Shown: in pieces, positions 24,521 to 31,997 of the stretch
Numbering within the stretch: position 1 is the stretch's first letter
How the letters are laid out: every line of letters starts with the position of its first letter
IMG/VR virus record: IMGVR_UViG_3300032257_000077
Coordinates: 1-31,997 of that record
Reading direction: 5' to 3' (one strand)
Origin: a virus
Taxonomy: Duplodnaviria; Caudoviricetes
Length of the DNA stretch: 31,997 nt
Made by a program: the position numbers and the translations under genes
Notes under the pieces: generated by a model
Database searches by the model: none
Told to the model about the DNA's origin: nothing
The model's input: only the letters and a program-made list of their open reading frames with translations

Positions 24521-25705
24521 TTAAGCTGTTTTCAACGCAGCTGAATCAATTTTAAATTGGTCGCGTGGCGATAACTTTACTTCATCATCATCAGTGCGGT
24601 CATTGGAATTTATTGCTTTTTGTGTAACCTTAGCCAAGTTAGCTAATGATTCAAGACCTTTGTTGTCACGTTTGATTTGTTCAACAACACCGTCAAATCG
24701 AGCTGCAACATATGCTTCATCTTTATCATCAAGCGTTAAGCCTTCGTTCGCTTTTAATACGATAGCTTTTTTGATATCTGGACTTGATAAGCCGGCATAA
24801 TCTTTCACATCTAAATGAGCAGCAACACCACAAATATCTGCACGTTCAGCAACCATTGCATCAAGCTTCACTGGATCAAGACCTTTTGATTTGTCTTCTT
24901 CCAATTGGTCACATTTACCTTGGAGTGCTGAGATTTCAGAATCTTTTTTCTCAATATCAGTTTCAAGGCCAGAGATAACATCAACCGCTTTATCCAAATG
25001 GTCGAATGCATTTTGAACAACACCTTCAGCTTCATCGTTAAATTCAACTGTTGCTGCATCTAGTTTGAAACCATTTGTATTAATGGCATTGCGTTTGATT
25101 TTCATCATAGTTACCTTTTCGTTATCAAATTTAAGTTGGGTTTGAGCTTCAATGTCAAAGTCATCACTTGCTGCATCTTCTGAATCTAAATACACACGTG
25201 CTTTACCTCCGGCACGCCCTTTATTAACTAAGGCAAGGTGATTGTAGATAATGTTATTTTGCACATGATCATATTTCTCACCCTTGTATTCACCTGATTC
25301 TTCAACTACATCCGCATGATAACCACACGACAATTCAACTTTCTCATTCTTTGTAATCTTAGAAATAGCAGCTGCATCATTGATAAGCAAACTTATTTTT
25401 AAATAGTCATCATCGGTGCGTTCTGTTTTATTACCGCAAGTGCCAATTGAAAGGTGCTTAATATTGCCAGGTGTGACTTTCCCGCTTATTGGATGATTGT
25501 CAACAATAGGACGTTGAATAAGTGTACTTGCTGAATCTTCTTTGAATACTTCATCAGGATGACGAAGTTCTCGTGTAACTGAACCATCAGCGTGATGATA
25601 AGTAAATATACCTGCGCGTGTGGCCAGTGCATTATCTGCGTGAAGATACCCATCGTGATCGAGACGATGTGTATCAAGTTTTAATTTATCTATTCTGAAT
25701 GCCAT
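24521..25705 (-). CDS. Prohead protease/scaffold (DUF2213)
   Basis: DGYL..TRAGIFTY..RHPDEVF..ELSCGY..NHLALVNKGRAG; coiled-coil C-terminus; start ATG 25705 or 25723. Confidence 0.88.
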   Translation of the reverse strand: MAFRIDKLKLDTHRLDHDGYLHADNALATRAGIFTYHHADGSVTRELRHPDEVFKEDSASTLIQRPIVDNHPISGKVTPGNIKHLSIGTCGNKTERTDDDYLKISLLINDAAAISKITKNEKVELSCGYHADVVEESGEYKGEKYDHVQNNIIYNHLALVNKGRAGGKARVYLDSEDAASDDFDIEAQTQLKFDNEKVTMMKIKRNAINTNGFKLDAATVEFNDEAEGVVQNAFDHLDKAVDVISGLETDIEKKDSEISALQGKCDQLEEDKSKGLDPVKLDAMVAERADICGVAAHLDVKDYAGLSSPDIKKAIVLKANEGLTLDDKDEAYVAARFDGVVEQIKRDNKGLESLANLAKVTQKAINSNDRTDDDEVKLSPRDQFKIDSAALKTA

Positions 25706-25750
25706 GGTGTAAATAAATACCATACGGCATATTAAGTCAAAGTTATTTTT

Positions 25751-26578
25751 TTAAAAGAATTTATCCAATACTGGAATTGCCTGGCATCGACATTGAATAT
25801 CTTGCCCTGGGTGATTGCGTTGGCCTTCACGTTTACTTGGTTTGGCACCTTTGCTTGCTTTAACTGTAATAGGTGGATCAGACCAAGAAAAAACTTTTCC
25901 ATCTAATTCACTGTGTGAAGAACGAACACGACCATCTTTTGAAGTGGCCCACGTGTATTGATCGATACCTGAGTTCACTTGTCGTTGTTCAGTGAGTCGA
26001 CCATTAAACTTACTCACTTGATCACGCGCAATCACTCGAGCCCTGCCCTCAGTCACATCAAATTCTTCTTCTATTTTTTCTTTCATTTGTTGTGGTGACA
26101 TTTTACGCTTGCCATCACGAAAGATCATTTGCTCGATATCAGTTAGGCCTTCATCGGGGATTGATTTGATTAATGACACATTCTCAGTTGTGAAGGTTCT
26201 CACTTCATTATCAAGCCACGGTTCTAATTGAATTGGGTTGACACTTAAAATATTTGTCATAACTCGTTGATGGTATTGCGATTGTTGTTTATTAATCTTT
26301 GAGGCTTGGTTCTTCACAGTATTGCCAATGCGTTCACTATCAACTGATCTTGAATAGCGTTCACGGATCAACTTCATTGCATTCTTAACAATATCGGGAT
26401 CAATGGCATCGGTTTTAAAATCATCGAACAATTGTGGTAAGAGTGGATAAAATACTTCACGAACCGCATGCTGAAATGGTGTTATCAGTTGCATGATGCT
26501 GGCTGCATAGCCTTGTTCAAGTCGATGTAATTTAGGTGGCTTAGGTACTTTTCTTCTTCTTCTTTTTACCAAAGGCAT
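25751..26578 (-). CDS. Minor head protein (Mu gpF / SPP1 gp7 family)
   Basis: RARVIARDQ..YTWATSKDGRVRSSH..HPGQDIQCRC. Confidence 0.9.
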   Translation of the reverse strand: MPLVKRRRRKVPKPPKLHRLEQGYAASIMQLITPFQHAVREVFYPLLPQLFDDFKTDAIDPDIVKNAMKLIRERYSRSVDSERIGNTVKNQASKINKQQSQYHQRVMTNILSVNPIQLEPWLDNEVRTFTTENVSLIKSIPDEGLTDIEQMIFRDGKRKMSPQQMKEKIEEEFDVTEGRARVIARDQVSKFNGRLTEQRQVNSGIDQYTWATSKDGRVRSSHSELDGKVFSWSDPPITVKASKGAKPSKREGQRNHPGQDIQCRCQAIPVLDKFF

Positions 26579-28014
26579 TATTTTTCATTTCCTTTTTCTG
26601 AATCATCAGGATTTTCACCCTTAACTTTCACCTTTTCAGGATCGAGATCATCTTCTTCACCTTCATTAACTTCCACAGGCTGTTTTGCCAATTCATCTAA
26701 ATATTTTTCACGCCTATCAACATTAATCACCATATCCATTAGATTTGTTGTATCACCTGAGAATCGTGAAAGCGCAACTTCTTCTGGCTCGACAACACCG
26801 GTATTAATATATATTTCGTCTGTCTGTGCGGTTTTATAACGAACTTCAGCTTCATCATTTTCTGATAATTGCCAAAGTGGATTAAATATAAAATCTATTT
26901 CTTCTGGATTAATGCCGATTGATTCGCAAACCATATCAATGACACGCTTCAATTTTGGTCTGAGTTTGTTTTCTTGGAAGGCTGATATTTTGTCATAGTG
27001 TACCCGCAAATCACTGCTTCCTGCATCTCCGCCCAGCACACCTGACTGATTGTGAAATAAACGCGCCTTTGGAATTTCAGCTGCTGCTGAGACAATATCA
27101 ACACCATGCTTCAATAAATCAGGTAGTCCAGTAATAGGTGTACCCATTTTATCAAATTCTTCATCCTCACCAAAAACCGCTATGTTATGAACTGATATAC
27201 CATAAGCAACCAATCCCATGCGGTTGATTAACTCACCCTCACCGGTTTCAGTGCTTAATAGTTCAGCCAAATTACCCACTTTCATTTTCTTGGTAACGAA
27301 ATCTTGAAGTACTGCAGATGATGCCTGGTTGCTTACACCAAAGTTTCTTAGTGCTTCGTGGAACTTTTCAAGCACAGATTCATTCCAGCCGAAATTACGC
27401 ATACGTGCAACAGGAGGTAAATAGTTACCATCAAAACGAATTGTTCTTGATTCATGTACTGTTGAGGTGATGGAACCTTGAACTTGAAGCCGCTGCACTA
27501 GATATGTTTCAGGACTGCCAAAACGAATATCAAATTCATCGTTATAAAATGTTTGTGGGTAGGTTAAATATCTATCAGTGTTGTGTGCAAATTCAATTGA
27601 ACGGATTTTCCCTAATGGCTGATGTACTTCTAAGCCATCGAAGGCGCCTATGATCATTAAGCCACCACCATACAAACGACCAAGAATAATTCCTTCCTCA
27701 AAGGCTTCACGCATTTTCAACCGTTCTAGTTCATCACGAACACGCTCTGCAAGTTCTGGTTTTGTGTCGTGTGACACAGTTATCCATTCGCGTGTTGCAT
27801 CTTCAGCCGGGATAGTAACAACGCGACCAGCTAGCCAATCATACTGGAATAAAGCATCGAGCTCAGCGCGGTTTAGTCTGTCAGGGTATTGATAGCGAGT
27901 CCGAGTCATTGGATCGTCAGTGCCACCAAACTTATTGCGCTCATTTACCCAGCGATCATTTTTCAATATAGTTGATAATGATGGTTTATTTTTTTTGACA
28001 ATCAACTTGCTCAT
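26578..28014 (-). CDS. Portal protein (DUF1073-like)
   Basis: PAEDATREW..GRLYGGG..VHESR..IPKARLF..FNPLWQLS. Confidence 0.88.
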   Translation of the reverse strand: MSKLIVKKNKPSLSTILKNDRWVNERNKFGGTDDPMTRTRYQYPDRLNRAELDALFQYDWLAGRVVTIPAEDATREWITVSHDTKPELAERVRDELERLKMREAFEEGIILGRLYGGGLMIIGAFDGLEVHQPLGKIRSIEFAHNTDRYLTYPQTFYNDEFDIRFGSPETYLVQRLQVQGSITSTVHESRTIRFDGNYLPPVARMRNFGWNESVLEKFHEALRNFGVSNQASSAVLQDFVTKKMKVGNLAELLSTETGEGELINRMGLVAYGISVHNIAVFGEDEEFDKMGTPITGLPDLLKHGVDIVSAAAEIPKARLFHNQSGVLGGDAGSSDLRVHYDKISAFQENKLRPKLKRVIDMVCESIGINPEEIDFIFNPLWQLSENDEAEVRYKTAQTDEIYINTGVVEPEEVALSRFSGDTTNLMDMVINVDRREKYLDELAKQPVEVNEGEEDDLDPEKVKVKGENPDDSEKGNEK

Positions 28015-29477
28015 TACCTTCTTCCTCGTTTAGCTATCGCTTCAGTTACGCTTATTGGCTTCTCAGTTAAATATTTAAAGCCACCAGAGCTAGAATCTAC
28101 AGTATCATCATGTACATCTGCATTTGGAAAGGCTTCATGTTCATCTAAAAATACTTTATTCCAACCACCACGTACAATTTTAATATTTCCATTCTCTGCA
28201 TATGATGCATACGGGTTTGCTCGAACTTCTTTACTACCCGTTGGTCTATCAGCTTTTACAATATAGCCTTTCAGCTTTCTAACAAAAAGATTTGTTGTAA
28301 ATTTCCCCGATGACCCTGGTTCTTCCTCAATAACAATAGTTACTTTTTTCCCATCTTGCGAGGCTGTGTTTTTTACAGTCGCTTCAACCTTGCCGGGTGT
28401 GTCTCTAATCCTTACCTGATTAATAATCCAAACGCCATCATCATGATCAATACCCATATCGGTGCCAACTGTCCAATCTGGATCTTTACCGGCCTTTGCT
28501 TTCGTTGCTGCAAAATCCCAATATCTACATCTCTTTTTGAATTTACGTGGATAATCATCAACGATTTCAAAGAATTCTTTTTTAAACTTCGTGCCACCGG
28601 ATGCGCGTATTAACCAGTTACCGCCTAATAGTCTTTGTTGCTCAACATCATCTTGCATATACAAATTAGCACGATAGCCTGGGTCTTTTTTTAGAAGAAG
28701 CTGATTATCATCAAGCCTTGAGGAAATAAAAGTAACGCTTTTTGGTTCTATTTCATCACTAACTAACATGGCTTCGGTTTTTGCTTCACTGTAAGTATCA
28801 AACCATTTAATCTCATTTTTAATTCGAATCATGTAACGGATTAACCCTGATCGCTCAACACCTTTCCATTTTGGTGAAACTTTATCCCAATAATCTTTTG
28901 ATATTGGAAAACCCGTTTTTTCATCCCACCACCATTGTATAAATTTAGCCACCCATGAATCAGCATCAGGATTACAAGTGGCGCGAATATAAGGTTTAAT
29001 GCCACATTCAGATCTATTCCTGGATAACATATAGAAAAATTGACGTTCGCTGAAGTGGGTTAATTCATCAAAACAGATTAGAGGTATTTGAGATCCTTGC
29101 CAGTCTAAAACAGTAGAATCATATTCAAGATGCTTGAATGATATTTTAGCGCCTGATGGGAATTTGTAATCGTTTCGTGTTGATCTTGGTTCTGCGCCTA
29201 AGTATGGGTAAACCTCGAAAGAAGTATCCCATAACCCACCTTCATTTGTGATTTGTGTTGAGTTCCTTCTAAAGATAACCGCACCGAACTGTTTATTATT
29301 GGTGTGCCTTGCTGCTTCTAATAAAATCCCATAAGTTTTACCACCACCAGCCGCACCACCATAGATAGCAATATCAGCACTTGTTGAAAGGAAATCAGTT
29401 TGCTTCCCAGGTTGAGGAACAAAAACAACATCTTCAGTCATTTTTGTTTTCTTAAACGGCAATATTTTTCCAGTCAT
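28014..29477 (-). CDS. terL: Terminase large subunit
   Basis: Walker A YGGAAGGGKT, Walker B ICFDE, RATCNP, nuclease YWDFAA and HDDTVD. Confidence 0.95.
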   Translation of the reverse strand: MTGKILPFKKTKMTEDVVFVPQPGKQTDFLSTSADIAIYGGAAGGGKTYGILLEAARHTNNKQFGAVIFRRNSTQITNEGGLWDTSFEVYPYLGAEPRSTRNDYKFPSGAKISFKHLEYDSTVLDWQGSQIPLICFDELTHFSERQFFYMLSRNRSECGIKPYIRATCNPDADSWVAKFIQWWWDEKTGFPISKDYWDKVSPKWKGVERSGLIRYMIRIKNEIKWFDTYSEAKTEAMLVSDEIEPKSVTFISSRLDDNQLLLKKDPGYRANLYMQDDVEQQRLLGGNWLIRASGGTKFKKEFFEIVDDYPRKFKKRCRYWDFAATKAKAGKDPDWTVGTDMGIDHDDGVWIINQVRIRDTPGKVEATVKNTASQDGKKVTIVIEEEPGSSGKFTTNLFVRKLKGYIVKADRPTGSKEVRANPYASYAENGNIKIVRGGWNKVFLDEHEAFPNADVHDDTVDSSSGGFKYLTEKPISVTEAIAKRGRR

Positions 29478-30080
29478 TTAGCTTTCTTCTGGTTCTTGCT
29501 CTCGACCATTTGCAGGTAAATAAAAACCAACGCTAATAGGCCTCCCGTTCTCTCCGGTTAATTCTTTCTTATCCTTCAGCCCTAAATCACGTGCAATAAT
29601 GTTTGAGTTTAATAGGTCTGTTGCGGCACCTGTGAATTTCTGGTCATAAATAATATCCTCAATATGTTTTACGATGTCGGAAAACTCTTTCTTGTCTCTA
29701 TAATCAATCCATGTTGAATGGTGAATATTTATATGAAGGCACAGACCGCGAATAGTCATAGGTCGCATTTTTGATACTTCGCCAGTAATAGTCTTACCTT
29801 GATACGAGAATATTTTTTGTTCTTCTAGTGGATTATTTTCAACCCATTCAAAATATTTAATACATGACTCCCATAGTTCTTTTGGCGTTTTGAAAATTAG
29901 TTTTCTACCCGGATATTCAGCATCCTTCCAAAACTGATTACCTTTAGGGGCCCCACCTTTCTTCTTAGATGATTGTTTTTTCTTGGTTTTCTTCTTAGAT
30001 TGTTTTTTCTTACTGACAGCTTTCTTCTTAGTTGCCTTCTTTTTAACAACCTTCTTCTTAGATGTTTTCTTTTTTGTCAT
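29478..30080 (-). CDS. terS: Terminase small subunit (P22 gp3-like) with Lys-rich N-terminal extension
   Basis: GAPKGNQFW..YFEWVENNPL..RPMTIRGLC..QKFTGAATDLLNSNIIARDLGL. Confidence 0.9.
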   Translation of the reverse strand: MTKKKTSKKKVVKKKATKKKAVSKKKQSKKKTKKKQSSKKKGGAPKGNQFWKDAEYPGRKLIFKTPKELWESCIKYFEWVENNPLEEQKIFSYQGKTITGEVSKMRPMTIRGLCLHINIHHSTWIDYRDKKEFSDIVKHIEDIIYDQKFTGAATDLLNSNIIARDLGLKDKKELTGENGRPISVGFYLPANGREQEPEES

Positions 30081-30088
30081 GAGGATTA

Positions 30089-30406
30089 TTATGCAGCGCG
30101 TTTTTGAGGAGCGACCTTATTAGTCCATTCGCCATCGATGCCACCTTGTGAAAAGGTCAGAGTCACTGTGTATACAGCTGATTCTACTAATGCAGCGGCT
30201 TTATCAAGTATTCCCTGGTATTTGCCATTCGATCCGGACACATACGATAATACTACTGGCGATCCTGTTACTTCTGTGTCAGTGCTATCTGTGATAACAG
30301 CTGTGACAGTTGCAGCATTTAAGTAAACGCCATTTGCCGAATCGTATGCATCTGCAAACTCAATTAAGTTATCATTATTTCCAATATATAATTTTAGATT
30401 GCTCAT
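30089..30406 (-). CDS. Beta-rich putative structural protein
   Basis: Thr/Val-rich, Ig-like strand pattern, YVSGSNGKYQG. Confidence 0.65.
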   Translation of the reverse strand: MSNLKLYIGNNDNLIEFADAYDSANGVYLNAATVTAVITDSTDTEVTGSPVVLSYVSGSNGKYQGILDKAAALVESAVYTVTLTFSQGGIDGEWTNKVAPQKRAA

Positions 30407-30960
30407 TACGCAGCATCAGCAATTTCATCATCAAACGCAGGGAATGTTACTGTACCACCGGCTGTGAGTGCTTGACTTGTGCAAGTTGTAACAGCTTGAA
30501 CAGATTTATCAGTGTCATCAACCAAGGCAACATGATCTACTGTTCCGCTGGTATGAATATTGATACCCGCTTTTGATGCAACTGTTACTTTTCTACCGTT
30601 CGTATCACCATTTGCTTTTGTGAAGTCACCACCGGTTAGTGCAGCATTTTCAGTAACCGCATAATTATTGCGACAAGTCCAAGTCACAGTACCATCAACA
30701 ACAGTATTGCCAGGTGTTGTTGGCCACGTTGGTTCAGAAGCACCAGACGTACCAGCGGTAGTTACTTCATAACAATAACCATTTCGTGTAACGGGTCTTG
30801 CTGCATCACCTAAAACATAAGCTTGTGTTGCTAACCATGCAGCCGCATCAACACCTTCGTAATAAGTTAACGGTTGCTGAGTACAAGCAGTCATTTTATC
30901 GGCGGTTGCAATTTCATCCAGTGCAGCATCCATTACTGCATCATTTATAAATTTAGCCAT
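30406..30960 (-). CDS. Putative virion structural protein with inserted CBM-like module
   Basis: DAALD..QP.TY..GDFTKANGD..GRKVTV scaffold with AWLATQAYVLGD..EPTWP..DGTVTW insert. Confidence 0.7.
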   Translation of the reverse strand: MAKFINDAVMDAALDEIATADKMTACTQQPLTYYEGVDAAAWLATQAYVLGDAARPVTRNGYCYEVTTAGTSGASEPTWPTTPGNTVVDGTVTWTCRNNYAVTENAALTGGDFTKANGDTNGRKVTVASKAGINIHTSGTVDHVALVDDTDKSVQAVTTCTSQALTAGGTVTFPAFDDEIADAA

Positions 30961-30961
30961 T

Positions 30962-31177
30962 TTACTTAACCTCCGATTTTTGATCTTGAGCTACGTTATC
31001 AATTTTAAGATCTGATACGCCAGGCTTTCTTTCACCGGTTTTAACTTTCCCAGAAACATCTTTTGCCCAGCCTAGCGAACAATACCTTTCACCGTCAGGT
31101 TTCGAGACAACTCGCACTTCATCTTTTTGAAAAGTTTGACCGCCATCTTTAAATAATTCCAGAATTTCAATTTTCAT
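30962..31177 (-). CDS. Hypothetical protein
   Basis: 71 aa, ..YCSLGWAKD..; tightly packed with neighbours. Confidence 0.7.
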   Translation of the reverse strand: MKIEILELFKDGGQTFQKDEVRVVSKPDGERYCSLGWAKDVSGKVKTGERKPGVSDLKIDNVAQDQKSEVK

Positions 31178-31997
31178 TATTCATTCCTATCAATTGTTAA
31201 TGTGCCTGTTACCGCTGCAATAATATTTATGCTAGCAGTTACTGCTGGCTTTATCGATATTATTCCCGTCACATACCCAACAACCGAAGTGAATACATTA
31301 CATGAATCTAAAATATGCCCTTGTCCTAAATCATCAATTATTAATATATTCGACTGAGTTAGATCTAAAGACTCAAGGTTTTGGGTTTGTGCAAGGTTAA
31401 GGATCGTAAGAATACTTTGTTGAGTCAAGTTTACTTGTTCTAACGATTGTATTTGAGATATTGCTGCAACTGATAGCGTTAAGCCAAGTTCTAATGTAAC
31501 AGCATCCAGTGTTTGGGATTGGAAAATATCATTTACAGTTAAATTACTAGCTTGCGTTAAACTAATACTATCTAGAGGTTGTGCTTGCGATATATTTGTA
31601 AGAGATAAAATATTTTGCTGAATCAATGCTACCTGATCAAGCGCTTGTGGTTGTGCAACGTCTGCAACCGACAACGTGCCACCGACACCCAAAACGACTG
31701 CATCCAACAATTGGGATTGAGTTATATTATTTGCTGTGAGATTGTTTGCTTGTGTTAAATTAATATTATCTAATACTTGTGGTTGAGAGATGCTTTGTAC
31801 TGTTAGGCTCGTACTCGCTACTATATAGGGGCTAACGGGTGCTTCGTCTTCATAAACTAGAGGCACATGATCATCTACTGTTGCGCCTGTTATCGTGCCA
31901 TTGTTTTTATTACCTGACCAATCGACTTGGTTTGTTACACCCGACCAACCTAATTCCGAATATAGGACAGCGCCTGTTGTTTTAGGCATCATACTGA
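31177..31997 (-). CDS. Repeat-containing putative structural/fibre protein, probably 5' truncated by the window
   Basis: DWSGNKNNGTITGAT (end of a LamG-like domain) followed by about 8 x 22-aa repeats. Confidence 0.7.
   Translation of the reverse strand, partial: SMMPKTTGAVLYSELGWSGVTNQVDWSGNKNNGTITGATVDDHVPLVYEDEAPVSPYIVASTSLTVQSISQPQVLDNINLTQANNLTANNITQSQLLDAVVLGVGGTLSVADVAQPQALDQVALIQQNILSLTNISQAQPLDSISLTQASNLTVNDIFQSQTLDAVTLELGLTLSVAAISQIQSLEQVNLTQQSILTILNLAQTQNLESLDLTQSNILIIDDLGQGHILDSCNVFTSVVGYVTGIISIKPAVTASINIIAAVTGTLTIDRNE

Larger units (their letters stand above)
1..31997. mobile_element. Temperate myovirus-type phage genome segment, apparently the excised/virion form
   Basis: Integrase, attP, lysis cassette and complete contractile-tail/head/terminase module; phage-like genes on both sides of the att core and no host housekeeping genes. 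Confidence 0.93.

Noticed and set aside
9283-30576. Numerous short + strand ORFs within the late region
   Set aside because: Antisense shadows of well-supported minus-strand genes, with no recognisable motifs

Overview
This window is part of a temperate, contractile-tailed (myovirus-type) phage genome, AT-rich and probably infecting a proteobacterium. The left arm (+ strand, 1-7500) is a dense string of small accessory genes: two HNH nucleases, YopX, a J-domain protein and Cys-rich microproteins. It ends in an excisionase-like gene and a tyrosine integrase. An apparently intact attP follows (7501-7740), with the 3' half of an initiator tRNA-Met, Int arm-type repeats, an IHF site and a terminator, so this looks like the excised or virion form. 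Immediately right of attP is an independently promoted cassette: a RadC/JAB protein plus a KorC-like repressor, with a KorC-type operator inside a near-consensus sigma70 promoter. This plasmid-type circuit on a phage is the most notable feature. The remainder (- strand, 9144-31997) is the late region: extra structural genes, terS/terL, portal, head, neck, sheath, tube, a frameshifting tail chaperone, a very short tape measure, baseplate, fibre and lysis genes. Family assignments rest on remembered motifs and gene order, not database searches.
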